NCBI RefSeq assembly: GCF_037189885.1
Contig: NZ_JBBCIR010000007.1
Location: 70,218 to 134,217, forward strand
DNA from: Paludisphaera sp.
GTDB taxonomy: Bacteria; Planctomycetota; Planctomycetia; Isosphaerales; Isosphaeraceae
Direction: 5' to 3'
DNA: 64,000 bases
Part shown: one piece after another, positions 27,068 to 37,400 of the stretch
Numbering within the stretch: position 1 is the first letter of the stretch
How the letters are laid out: each line of letters opens with the position of its first letter
Notes under the pieces: model-generated
Databases searched by the model: none
What the model was told of the DNA's origin: nothing
The model's input: the letters and a program-made list of their open reading frames with translations, nothing else
Translations under genes and position numbers: made by a program

Positions 27068-27765
27068 TCAACGCCGGGACCTTTCGGGGATTGCATAGTA
27101 CGAATCCACGGCGGGCTGGCCGGTGTAGTTCGGGCCCGCCTGGTCGTCCGCCCCCAGGTAGCGATAGGGAAGGTTGAGGGTCCGAGGCCCCCGACCGGTC
27201 AGCAGCCGCCGCCTACGGTCATATGCCAGCCCGGCCCGGCGAAGGTCGGCGGCGAGCCGACCGCCGATCGATCTCCCGTCGGCGGCCTTCAGGCTGTGAA
27301 CGTCGAGGCTCGCCGCGAACTGGCCGTCCTCGGCCAGGCACGAGCCGGCGCGGGCGACCAGGCCCAGCTTGTCGCCGACGTAGTGCAGGGCGTGGACGCA
27401 GGTGACGAGGTCGAAGCTCCGGCCTGGCTGCCACCCTCGCAGCGACGCCTCGACCAGGCTCGGGCTCTCCATGCCAGGATCGATCGGCCGGAACATCCCC
27501 GCCAGGTCGACGCCGATGATATCCAGGTCGAGGCCTTCTTCCCGGGCGATCCGCGCGGCTTCGATCAAGGCCTTGCCCGAGCCGCGGCAGAGATCGAGCC
27601 AGGCGACCGGACCGCGATCGCTCGACGCGCTTTCAGCGCGTCGAGCGGGTTGAAGCCGAGTTCGCGGTCATAGCCGTTGGAACCGAGGAGGCCACGCTCC
27701 CGGTTCATCAGGCAGTTGGCGACGACCGACGACCGCTCCAGTCCCTCGTCGTCCTTGAGCCTCAC
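27068..27765 (-). pseudogene. Class I SAM-dependent methyltransferase interrupted by a 1-bp frameshift (or sequencing error)
   Basis: ORF 27565-27765 (ERSSVVANCLMNRERGL...ELGFNPL) continues in the -1 frame as GPVAWLDLCRGSGKALIEAA...FDLVTCVHALHY. Restoring one G near 27618 joins the two parts. Confidence 0.75.
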
Positions 27766-28805
27766 AGGAGTTGACGCCCGACCGGACCTCGGTCACCCCC
27801 GATCTCGCCGAGGAGTTCGTCCTCGGCCTCGTAGTCCAGCAGGCCGAGGCCATGCAAGGTCGTCGGCGGATTGGCCCGCTCCCAGGCGATCGTCATGGCC
27901 AATGCCTCGTCCGGCGGGGTCGTCTCGGCGTAATCCAACTCTCGACGGATGCGGCCGGAATCCATGTCGACATCCTGATTCATGTGGTAAGGGAGCGGGA
28001 TCCGCCCGACCGGCGCCGCGACGATCCTCCCCCGCCACCCGACGGCCTCGCCGATCCGGCGGACCCATCCGGCCTCGGTGAGCGAGTCCCGCTCGGCGAC
28101 GTTGTAGACCCGGCGCTCCGCCCGGTCGTCAACGACCGCGGTCGCGATCGCCGCCGCCACGTCCTCGACGTACCCGCGGGGGCACTTCCATCCGGCCATC
28201 GCCTCGTCGAGCACGATCGCCGGCCGCCCGTCGTCCATCCGCCTGATATACGCCGAGAGCCGTCGATAGGGGTCGCCGGGACCGTGGACCATGGGCAGCC
28301 TCAGGACCGTGCCGGGCAGGTCCGGCTCGCCCAGGATGACCCGCTCGACGGGGATCTTGTCGTAGGAGAAGAAAAAATCGTCCGGTCCCTCGGCCCGCGG
28401 GCGGAAGGGAAACAGGACCTCCCGCGACGGCGAATCCTCCGTCAACGGCGTCGGCTCGATCGGCCCGTCCTCGAACCCGATGAACCGCCCGTAGGCCCGG
28501 TACACGTCGCCGCTGGAGACGACGACCGCGCGGCGGGCCAACGCACGAAACGTCTCGACGAGCCCCAAGGCGTCGCCTTCGGTGAATGCGATCATATCCA
28601 CGACGACATCCGGTGCGAACCGACGGAACTCATCCACGCGCGACCCGAGATCGCGCCGGTCGCCCAGGATGCGCCCGACGCCAACCGGCAGCTCGGCCCG
28701 CGTCCGGCCCCGGTGGAACACCGCGACCTCATGCCCCATCCCGACCAGCCGCCGTGTAAGCGCGGGCCCGATGAAGTTCGTCCCGCCGATGAGCAGCACC
28801 CGCAT
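27762..28805 (-). CDS. NAD-dependent epimerase/dehydratase family protein
   Basis: MRVLLIGGTNFIG, VFHRG, GDR, VVDM, SSGDVY, YDK and LRLPMVHGP. Start follows GGAGG. Confidence 0.9.
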   Translation of the reverse strand: MRVLLIGGTNFIGPALTRRLVGMGHEVAVFHRGRTRAELPVGVGRILGDRRDLGSRVDEFRRFAPDVVVDMIAFTEGDALGLVETFRALARRAVVVSSGDVYRAYGRFIGFEDGPIEPTPLTEDSPSREVLFPFRPRAEGPDDFFFSYDKIPVERVILGEPDLPGTVLRLPMVHGPGDPYRRLSAYIRRMDDGRPAIVLDEAMAGWKCPRGYVEDVAAAIATAVVDDRAERRVYNVAERDSLTEAGWVRRIGEAVGWRGRIVAAPVGRIPLPYHMNQDVDMDSGRIRRELDYAETTPPDEALAMTIAWERANPPTTLHGLGLLDYEAEDELLGEIGGDRGPVGRQLL

Positions 28806-29037
28806 GCGACGCCCTCCAATCGGCCCATGATCCCTCGGCGGGCACCCTCGACCCATCGAAGATGGCCCTTGAGCCGTCAATCACCTCCGACGAGGAATGC
28901 GGCCAAGTCCCGAAATCGAATCGCCCCCCCGCTCGCCTCCAGATTTTCGTGGCTGCCTGGAGAAATCGATCATGCCCGTCGCCCCCGATGGCCGGAAACC
29001 ATGTCGACCGACCCCGTGGCTCGACATGAGCGCAACG

Positions 29038-29071
29038 AAAAAGCCCCCTCGCGGCAAACCGCGAGGGGGCT
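29038..29071 (-). terminator. Rho-independent terminator downstream of the tmRNA-like 3' end
   Basis: Perfect 13-bp stem AGCCCCCTCGCGG / CCGCGAGGGGGCT with a 4-nt loop, followed by a T-run on the minus strand. Confidence 0.85.
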
Positions 29072-29075
29072 GTCA

Positions 29076-29091
29076 GTGGAGGCGGCGGGAA
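29076..29091 (-). other. Attachment-site core: duplicated 3' end of tmRNA (ssrA) or a tRNA-Ala-like gene
   Basis: The minus strand reads TTCCCGCCGCCTCCAC, the T-stem/acceptor end with the U70 of the alanine G3:U70 pair. Upstream it diverges (CTCGTTTTG instead of GGGTTCGA), so only the 3' fragment is present. Confidence 0.75.
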
Positions 29092-29118
29092 CAAAACGAG
29101 GTCTCTCGATCTCTTGAA

Positions 29119-29175
29119 AATAAAGGACTTACGGCAATATGCGTCGTCCTTATCTGACACCTTATCTGACACCTT
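29119..29175. promoter_or_regulatory. att arm: IHF-like site plus tandem integrase arm-type repeats
   Basis: AATAAAGGACTTA (29119-29131) matches WATCAANNNNTTR except at one position. CCTTATCTGACA occurs twice in tandem followed by CCTT (29148-29175). Confidence 0.6.
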
Positions 29176-29286
29176 CACGAGACGGGTTTGAGGCGCCCTT
29201 CCTCCACCACGCCTCAAGAGAGAAGGTTGCCCGATAAAGTCGTCTCCTGGCATGATTACACGAGCGCCGAATTTCGGCAGGCACGA

Positions 29287-29595
29287 TCAACCGATCTGCT
29301 TGATCAGCCGGTCGAGCGTCTGATCGTCGAGCCCGGCGAGGACCCGGAACGCATCGGGGCGCTCGATCACCCGCCTCTTGATCGACTCGGGGATCTTCTC
29401 GGCCAGCAGCAGGAGTTCGTCGGGGTCCTCCCCCAAAGCCTCGGCGAGCTTCAGGATCGTCCCCTCGCTGGGATACCCGGCGAAGTCGAGCTTGCCGTTC
29501 TCGATCTTGCTGAGATACGTGAAATTGAGGCCGACTCGCTCGCCCAGGCAGGATATCGGACCGACACCAGGACGCTCACGCTCCAGCCGGTCCAC
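29287..29595 (-). pseudogene. XRE-family HTH regulator, N-terminus apparently lost
   Basis: ERVGLNFTYLSKIENGKLDF...LKLAEAL...DELLLLAEKIP is present, but the first HTH helix is replaced by unrelated sequence. Confidence 0.6.
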
Positions 29596-29597
29596 GT

Positions 29598-30540
29598 CGC
29601 CCGCCCTCGAAGCGGTACGACACGCCGATGGCGAAGAAGTCCTGCACCGACTACATCGGAGAACTCGGGCGGTTCTTCCGCTGGCTGCACCAGGCCGGCG
29701 AATTTCAGTGGCGGAAGCCCGAGGAGTACGACCTCATCCGCCGCCCGCCCCGTGAACTCGACGACGACATCGAGGAGGCCCAGGACGTCCCGGTCTGGGC
29801 CGTCAAGCTGAACAAGTAGGCCACGCCGATCGAGCAGACCTTCCTGCTCCTGGGCCTCAATTGCCCCTACGGGGCCGACCAGGCCGGCCGCCTCAGGATC
29901 AGACACCTCCATCTCGACGGCAAATCGCCCCACATCCGCCGCATCCGCAACAAGAAGAAGACCATCTCGATCCACCTCCTCTGGGGGCAGACCGCCGACG
30001 GCCTGTGGTGGGCTTCGGATCGGAGGCAGAAGGTCGAGGACGACATCCTGCTGCTCACCGAGAAAGGCCAGCCCTACTGGCGGAAGACCAAGGGCGGCAA
30101 CCGAGCTAAAGCGATCCCCGGACTCTGGGCCGACCTTTTGAGGAGGGTCCGGGTGGACCACCCCGACTTCCCGATGCTCCCCTTCAACTCGCTCCGGGAC
30201 ACCTCGGCCGACATGGTGCGGCAGTTGGTTGGCGAGGAGGTCGCCCTGTTGCACCTCGCCCACAAGCACCAGAGCAAGGACGAGAACCTTCGTCGATACA
30301 CCGACCCGGTCCGTAAGAAGCATTTCAAGGCTTTACGTCGTCTGGAGCGGAAGCTGTCGGTGGTGTTCACGGCGTCCGGGGACGCCCCCTGGGTCCGTCC
30401 CCCCAAGAACCACATGGGCAGGGCCAAGGGCGATAAGGTCCGGGAACTTCGGCGGCAGGGCGAGCCGCCCAAGATGATCGCCGCCAAACTGGAAATCTCG
30501 GTCGCATCGGTCTACAGGCTTGCTCGCTCCTCGGTTGAAT
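29598..30540 (+). pseudogene. Tyrosine recombinase/integrase remnant
   Basis: One frame reads YIGELGRFFRWL...KLNK-TAG(29817-29819)-ATPIEQTFLLLGLNCPYG...FNSLRDT...LAHK...RRYT and ends in a C-terminal HTH (PKMIAAKLEISVASVYRL). The N-terminal domain is missing and there is an in-frame stop. Confidence 0.75.
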
Positions 30541-30582
30541 CGAAGCCGTGGCATGCGACGACTTATCGCCCGGTCTACCAAG

Positions 30583-30611
30583 TTGAAAGGCTCACTCTGG
30601 CAGGTTACGCT
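30583..30611 (+). promoter_or_regulatory. Candidate sigma70 promoter of the DISARM operon
   Basis: TTGAAA-N17-TACGCT about 75 bp upstream of drmD, whose start follows GGAGGGG. Confidence 0.4.
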
Positions 30612-30685
30612 ATTTCAGCCACAATCACTCATTCAATTAGGTCGGTGCCGACCCAACACAAAAGCCGAAAGCTCGGAGGGGACCG

Positions 30686-33600
30686 ATGGCCACCACCCCG
30701 ACCACGGCCCCCGAACAGGGCCAACTCGTCAGCGTCCGGTCCCGCAACTGGATCGTCAACGAGGTCGCCCCGAGCACCCTCCCGGCGGGCGGCCTGGACG
30801 CCCTCGGCGGCGGCCAGACCCTCGTGTCGCTGGCGTCCGTCGAGGACGACGGCCTCGGCGAGGAGATCCGGGTCGTCTGGGAATTGGAGCCGGGCACCCG
30901 GATCAACGAGGACGTCGCCCTGCCCGAGCCCACCGGCTTCGACCCGCCCGACCAGTTGAACGCCTTCCTCGATGCCGTCCGCTGGGGTGCCTCCTCCTCG
31001 GCGGACGTCCGCAACATCCAGGCCCCGTTCCGCTCGGGCATCGACATCGAGGACTACCAGCTTGACCCGGTGGTCCGGGCCATTCAGATGCCTCGGGTCA
31101 ACCTCCTCGTGGCCGACGACGTGGGCCTGGGCAAGACCATCGAGGCCGGGATGGTCGCCCTGGAACTGATCATCCGCCACCGGGCCAGGAAGGTCCTGAT
31201 CGTCTGCCCGTCGTCGCTCCAGGTCCAGTGGAAGGAGCAGATGCGGGACAAGTTCGGGCTCGACTTCCGCATCGTCGGCGGCGAACTCATGAGGGAATTG
31301 CGGCGGGAGCGGGGCATCCACGTCAACCCGTGGAACCACTTCCCCCGCCTGATCACCTCCATCGACTTCCTCAAGCGGGAGCGGCCTCTGCGGATGTTCC
31401 GGGAGATCCTGCCAGGCCCGAACGACCCGCTCTATCCCCGCAAGTTCGACCTGCTGATCGTGGATGAGGCCCACAACTGCGCCCCGTCGGGCCGGGGCAA
31501 GTACGCCACCGACTCGCTCCGCACCAAGGCCCTGCGGCTTTTGGCCCCGCATTTCGAGCACAAGCTCTTCCTGACGGCCACGCCCCACAACGGCTACCCC
31601 GAGAGCTTCTCGGCCCTGCTGGAACTGCTCGACGACCAGCGGTTCGCCCGCAGCACGCCGCTCGACCGGAAGCAACTCGACGCCGTGATGGTGCGGCGGA
31701 TGAAGTCGGAGTTGCCTCCCCGCTGGGACGGCTCGCCACGGTTCCCCAAGAGGTCGCTGGAGCCGCTGGAGGTCCCCTACACGGACGAGGAGAAGGCGAT
31801 CCACGGCGTCCTCAAGCTCTACGCCGCCTTACGATCCAAGCGGGCTCAGGACGACGCCGAGTCGATGGCGACCGACTTCGTGCTCAAGACGCTCAAGAAG
31901 CGGCTGTTCTCCAGCCCGGCGGCGTTCCTCACGACGCTGAACAAGCACGAGGCATCCCTGCGGACGGCGACGAAACGGGCGAGCATGAAGCCGACGGTCG
32001 GCATCCTCAAGCGGGAGATCGACCGGATCGACGAGGACTACGCCGACGACGAGGAGTACGACGAGGCGACCGGCGATGCCGTCGAGGCCGCCACCCGGCT
32101 GTTCTCGGAGCCGAGCGACGAGGAACTGTCCCTGATCAAGCGGATGCGGGACTGGGCGGAACGGGCCTGCTCCCAGAACGACTCGAAGGCCCGCCAGTTG
32201 ATCGCCTGGCTGAAGGAGCACATCCGCCCGGACGGCCGGTGGACCGACGAGCGGGTCATCCTCTTCACCGAGTACCGGGCCACGCAGAAGTGGCTTTCGG
32301 AGGTCATGGCCTCGGAGGGGTTCGCCGGGCAGGACCGCATGACGTCCATGTACGGCGGGATGGACTCGAAGGCTCGTGAAGCGGTCAAGGCGGCGTTCCA
32401 GTCCTCGCCCGAGCAGAGCCCCGTGCGCATCCTGCTGGCGACCGACGCCGCCTCGGAGGGCCTGGACCTCCAGAACTTCTGCTCGAAGCTCGTCCACTAC
32501 GAGATCCCGTGGAACCCGAACCGAATGGAGCAGCGGAACGGGCGGATCGACCGGCACGGCCAGAAGTCCGACCGGGTGCGGGTCTTCCACTTCGTCTCGA
32601 AGGGCTACCGGGAGCGCCAGGGCCGGGCGTTCGAGGTCCCCGCCGGCGACCTCGAAGCCGACCTGGAATTCCTGATGCGGGTCGCCCAGAAGGTGGAGAA
32701 GATCCGGGAGGACCTGGGCAGCGTCGGGCAAGTCCTGGCCGACGACGTGGAGATGGCGATGCTGGGCCGGGGCTACAGCCTGGCCCGCACCGACACCGCC
32801 GAGCGGGGCTCCGAGCCCGTCCGCAAGATGCTCAAGTTCGAGAGGGACCTCGCCAAGCACATCCAGGCCCTCCTGGAGCAGTACCGAGAGACGCAGAAGG
32901 AACTGCGGCTCTCGCCCGCCAATGTCCAGAAGGTCGTCGAGGTGGGCCTGAAGCTCGCCCAGCAGCCCCCCTTGATCCCTGTCAAGAACTCGGGCGACAG
33001 GCCGATCTTCCGGCTGCCCGCCCTGCGGGGAAGCTGGGAGGCCAGCAGAGAGGGGCTGGAGCACCCGCACACGAAGGAGATCCGCCCGATCACCTTCGAC
33101 CCTGCGGCGTCGAACGGGCGGGACGGCGTGGTTCTGGTCCACCTGAACCACCGGCTGGTCCAGATGTGCCTGCGGCTCCTGCGGGCAGAGGTGTGGTCGG
33201 ACGCCGGTCGCAAGAAGATGCACCGGACCGAGGCCCGTGTCGTCCCCGACGCCGCCCTGCCGACCCCGGCGGTGATCGCCCACGCCCGCCTGGTTGTCAT
33301 CGGCGGCGACAGCCAGCGGCTCCACGAGGAGATCATCACGGCGGGCGGCTACCTGAAGGAGGGCCGGTTCAGCCGGATGAACGTGGGCCAGGTGTCCGAG
33401 GCGCTGTCGGCGGCGACCGACGAAGAGCCCTCGGAGGCGACGAAGAGGCGGTTCCTCAAGCTCTGGGCCGACCTCGCTCCGTCGCTCCAGCAGGCCCTGA
33501 CCGCCCGCATGAGCGACCGCTCCAAAGGTTTGGAGAAGCGGCTGCTCGAACGGGCCGCCAAGGAGGCCGGGGACATCGAGTCGATCCTGCTGGAGTTGAA

Positions 33601-33838
33601 GCGGCGGATCGAGGCCAAACTCGGCGACCCGGAGTACCAGCAACTTGAACTGTTCAGCGACCCGGAGCGGGACCAGTTCGAGCGTGACAAGGACTTCCTG
33701 CGGGACCGGGTGAAGCAGATCCCCGCCGAGATCGAGCGGGAGACGGCGGCGATCCGGGCTCGGTTCGCCGATCCGCAGGCCCGGATGTTCCCGGTGGCGG
33801 TGACGTTCTTGGTGCCGGAACGACTTCGAGAGGGTTAA
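30686..33838 (+). CDS. drmD: DISARM SNF2-like helicase DrmD
   Basis: GQLVSVRSRNW N-terminus, LDPVVRAIQMPRVNLLVADDVGLGKTIEAG, IVDEAH, LTATPHNG, ATDAASEGLDLQ and WNPNRMEQRNGRIDRHGQ; lies in an operon with drmMI/A/B/C. Confidence 0.92.
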   Translation: MATTPTTAPEQGQLVSVRSRNWIVNEVAPSTLPAGGLDALGGGQTLVSLASVEDDGLGEEIRVVWELEPGTRINEDVALPEPTGFDPPDQLNAFLDAVRWGASSSADVRNIQAPFRSGIDIEDYQLDPVVRAIQMPRVNLLVADDVGLGKTIEAGMVALELIIRHRARKVLIVCPSSLQVQWKEQMRDKFGLDFRIVGGELMRELRRERGIHVNPWNHFPRLITSIDFLKRERPLRMFREILPGPNDPLYPRKFDLLIVDEAHNCAPSGRGKYATDSLRTKALRLLAPHFEHKLFLTATPHNGYPESFSALLELLDDQRFARSTPLDRKQLDAVMVRRMKSELPPRWDGSPRFPKRSLEPLEVPYTDEEKAIHGVLKLYAALRSKRAQDDAESMATDFVLKTLKKRLFSSPAAFLTTLNKHEASLRTATKRASMKPTVGILKREIDRIDEDYADDEEYDEATGDAVEAATRLFSEPSDEELSLIKRMRDWAERACSQNDSKARQLIAWLKEHIRPDGRWTDERVILFTEYRATQKWLSEVMASEGFAGQDRMTSMYGGMDSKAREAVKAAFQSSPEQSPVRILLATDAASEGLDLQNFCSKLVHYEIPWNPNRMEQRNGRIDRHGQKSDRVRVFHFVSKGYRERQGRAFEVPAGDLEADLEFLMRVAQKVEKIREDLGSVGQVLADDVEMAMLGRGYSLARTDTAERGSEPVRKMLKFERDLAKHIQALLEQYRETQKELRLSPANVQKVVEVGLKLAQQPPLIPVKNSGDRPIFRLPALRGSWEASREGLEHPHTKEIRPITFDPAASNGRDGVVLVHLNHRLVQMCLRLLRAEVWSDAGRKKMHRTEARVVPDAALPTPAVIAHARLVVIGGDSQRLHEEIITAGGYLKEGRFSRMNVGQVSEALSAATDEEPSEATKRRFLKLWADLAPSLQQALTARMSDRSKGLEKRLLERAAKEAGDIESILLELKRRIEAKLGDPEYQQLELFSDPERDQFERDKDFLRDRVKQIPAEIERETAAIRARFADPQARMFPVAVTFLVPERLREG

Positions 33839-33840
33839 TC

Positions 33841-34344
33841 ATGCCTAATAAACCTAGTTTCGTTCTCCTGTCGAGGGATAAAGCGCAGGAATTGAAGCGT
33901 TTATGCCCTGCGGACGAATCTGAGCCCTGGTACAGGGTTATTCCGCAAGAGCAGATTCCCTCTGTCTTCCCAGCATCCTTTCGTTCCAAACTTGACCACG
34001 CCGTCATTATGGGATCTGGCGATGCCAATGGGATGACCTATCTCGTCGTCAACGCTCAGAGAATTGACGAGAAGGCGTCAGCCATTGATCAAGAACCCTT
34101 CGGGATGGTGTTCGACAACGGGGTGGCGAGTGAAAGTGGTGTTTTCGTTCACCACGGCGACTGGGCTGGACGGACGGAAAGTGGCGTGCCACCTGCATTT
34201 TGGGATCATGTCTCTGCAAGTGGCATCGGCAATTTTTATCCACCTCCCAGTTTGCCTCCGAACGCTTCAGGATCACTTCAAGACCTTGAGATGACGAGCA
34301 ATATGCATGCGTTCAATCAAACCCTAAAAAAGCTGCTCGGCTAA
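33841..34344 (+). CDS. Hypothetical protein (167 aa) inserted between drmD and drmMI
   Basis: Starts 2 bp after the drmD stop, is visibly AT-richer than its neighbours, and has no motif I recognise. Confidence 0.7.
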   Translation: MPNKPSFVLLSRDKAQELKRLCPADESEPWYRVIPQEQIPSVFPASFRSKLDHAVIMGSGDANGMTYLVVNAQRIDEKASAIDQEPFGMVFDNGVASESGVFVHHGDWAGRTESGVPPAFWDHVSASGIGNFYPPPSLPPNASGSLQDLEMTSNMHAFNQTLKKLLG

Positions 34345-34400
34345 TATCGGGCACTGTGGATCATCCAAAATTCAACGATTGCACTGTTAAGTAGGCCGCC

Positions 34401-37400
34401 ATGTCCATCGCCAAGCAGCACGCCGAGTGGCTGTCGCTCATCGAGGTCTCGGGGCCGTTCCTGAGCCTGCCGGTGCTCGTGCAGCGCTTCCCCCAAGGGA
34501 TGGAGGCTCACGATCCCGAGCACACCAAGGCGTTGCGGCAGGTCCACGAGGAGTGGGACCAGGACCAGAACGGCGACCGACCGGACCGGGCGATCCACCG
34601 GCAGTGGATCGACTGGGTGCTGCGAAATACGCTCGACCTGGGCGACGTGCTGGTCGAGGGGCAGGACATTCCGCAGACGCTCAAGGCCGACCTGCCCGAG
34701 CACGGCGAGACATTGCGACCCGACAAGGCCGTCATGGAGCCGGATGGCAGCCGGGCCAGGCTGCTGATCCAGACGTATCCGCTGAAGCAGAAATTGGGGC
34801 GGGTGGTCGAGGGGAAGCCGTGGGCGGCCTCGCCGGACACCCGGATGATGCAACTGCTGCACGACACGGGCGTGCGGCTGGGGCTGGTCACGAACGGCGA
34901 CCAGTGGATGCTGGTCGACGCCCCGAAGGGCGAGACGACCGGGTACGCCTCGTGGTTCGCACCGCTCTGGCTGGAGGAGCCGAAGACGCTCCAGGCGTTC
35001 CGCACCTTACTCGGCCTGCATCGGTTTTTCGGCGTGCCCGAGGAGGAGACGCTCGAACGGCTGCTGGCCCAGAGCGCCCAGGACCAGCAGGAAGTCACCG
35101 ACCAGCTTGGCTATCAGGTGCGGCGGGCGGTCGAGGTGCTCGTCTCGTCGATCGACAAGGCGAACCGGGACAGCGGCGGGTCGCTGCTGAAGGGCGTGCC
35201 CGAGCCGGTGCTGTATGAGGCCGCCCTGACGGTGATGATGCGGCTGGTGTTCCTGTTCTGCGCCGAAGAGCGGGACCTGCTCCTCCTGGGCGACGAACTT
35301 TACGACAGGAACTACGCCGTCTCGACCCTGCGGGAGCAGTTGCGGGGCACGGCCGCCGACTTCGGCGAGGAGGTCCTGGAGCGCCGCCACGATGCCTGGA
35401 GCCGCCTGCTGACGACGTTCCGGGCGGTGTACTCGGGCGTGCGGCACGACCGGCTGAAGATCCCCGCCTACAAGGGCAAGCTGTTCGACCCGGATCGGTT
35501 CCCATTCCTCGAAGGGCGGCCCGCCGGGACGAGATGGCAGGACACCCTCGGCCAGCCGCTCCCGGTCGATAACCGGACGGTCCTGCACCTCCTGGAGGCC
35601 CTTCAGGTGCTCCAGGTCAAGCTGCCGGGCGGGGGGCCGGCCACGCCCCGCAAGCTGAGCTTCCGGGCGCTCCAGATCACGCAGATCGGCCACGTCTACG
35701 AGGGCCTCCTGGACCACACGGCGGTCCGGGCGACCGAGCCGGTGCTGGGTCTGAGCGGGTCTCGGGATTCCGAGCCGGAGGTGCCGCTGGCCCGTCTGGA
35801 GACCCTGGCGGCGAAGGGCGAGGACGACCTGCTGAAGTTCGTCAAGGACGAGACGGGGCGGTCGTCAGTCGCCACGGTGAAGCGGCTTCTGGCCTCGAAG
35901 CTCGACGATCAGGCCCTCAGCCGGTTCCGCACGGCCTGCCAGGGGGACGAGCGGCTCTGGGAGCGGGCCAGGCCGTTCGCCGGGCTGGTGCGGCTCGACA
36001 CGTTCGACTACCCGGTGGTGATCCCGTCGGGCGGCGTCTACGTCACGGCGGGGACCGACCGGCGGTCGAGCGGCACGCACTACACGCCCGAGAGCCTGAC
36101 CGAGCCGATCGTCCGCCACACGCTGGAGCCCCTGGTCTACGTCGGGCCTGCCGAGGGGACGCCACGGGACCAGTGGCGGCTGAAGTCGGCGGCCGACCTG
36201 CTCGACCTGAAAATCTGCGACATGGCGTGCGGGAGCGGGGCGTTCCTGGTCCAGGTCTGCACCTACCTGTCGCTGCGGCTGCTCGAAGCGTGGGAGGAGG
36301 CCGAGCGGCGGGTCGAAGGCACGCCCCGAATCACGCCCTACGGCGAGGTCTCGAAGGGGCTGCCCGACGAGCAACTCATCCCCCTTGACCGCCAGGAGCG
36401 GGTGCTCTACGCCCGGCGGCTGGTGGCCGAGCGGTGCCCGTACGGTGTGGACAAGAACCCGCTGGCCGTCGAGATGGCGAAGCTGTCGCTCTGGCTGCTG
36501 ACGCTGGCGAAGGACAAGCCGTTCACGTTCCTCGACCACGCCATCCGGTGCGGCGACTCGCTGGTGGGCCTCAGCAGCATCGACCAGTTGCTCCGTTTCT
36601 CGATGTCGGAGAACGCCAAGGTCCGCCCGCTGATGGAGCAGCAGCGGCAGCAGATCGAGAGGCGACTCAACGCCACGATGCTGCTCCGCAGGCAAATCGA
36701 GACGGTGCCCTCGAACACGCCGCAGGACATCGAGCGGAAGACGCTGATGTTCGCCAACGTCGAGGATCAGAGGATGCGGCTCACCTACGCCGCCGACATG
36801 CTGCTGGCGGCGACCTGGGAGGCGAAGAACGCCAGCGAGTTAGAGTCGGCCCTGAATGGGATGCTGGCCGAGGTCGAGTACAAGTTCAAGGACCTGCCGG
36901 TCGTGCAACTGGAAGCGGAGGCGAAAGGGCGGCTGCGGAAGGCAGTGATCGAGGGCCGGTTCCACTGGGCGTTGGAGTTCCCCGAAGTATTCATGGACCG
37001 GGGGGGGTTCGATGCCTTTGTCTGCAACCCGCCGTTCATGGGCGGAAAGAAGATCACCGGGAACTTGGGGACCGACTACCGGGATTTCCTGGTTCAGCAC
37101 CTCGCTGGGGGGAAGCGTGGCAATGCCGACCTGTGCGCATACTTCACACTTCGTGGGGCTTCGCTGCTCCGGGAGGGGGGGCACTTCGGCTTCCTGGCGA
37201 CGAACACGATCGCCCAGGGGGACACCCGAGAGGTCGGTCTCGACCAGTTGACGACGTACGGCTTCGTCATCCCCCAAGCCGTCTCCAGCCGCCCCTGGCC
37301 GGGCGTGGCCAGCCTCGAAGTCGCCCACGTCTGGCTCCGGCGAGGACGCTGGAGTACGCCGTACTTCCTCGACGACAAGCCGGTGTCGGGCATCTCGCCG

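Noticed and set aside
29817-29819. Programmed readthrough or pyrrolysine at the integrase TAG
   Set aside because: The gene is also N-terminally truncated, and a TAC-to-TAG point mutation explains it more simply. No pyl genes are in the window.
30572-30582. GGTCTACCAAG shared with 60630-60640, both in intergenic regions of the element
   Set aside because: Only two copies of an 11-mer with no palindromic structure, which I cannot distinguish from chance.
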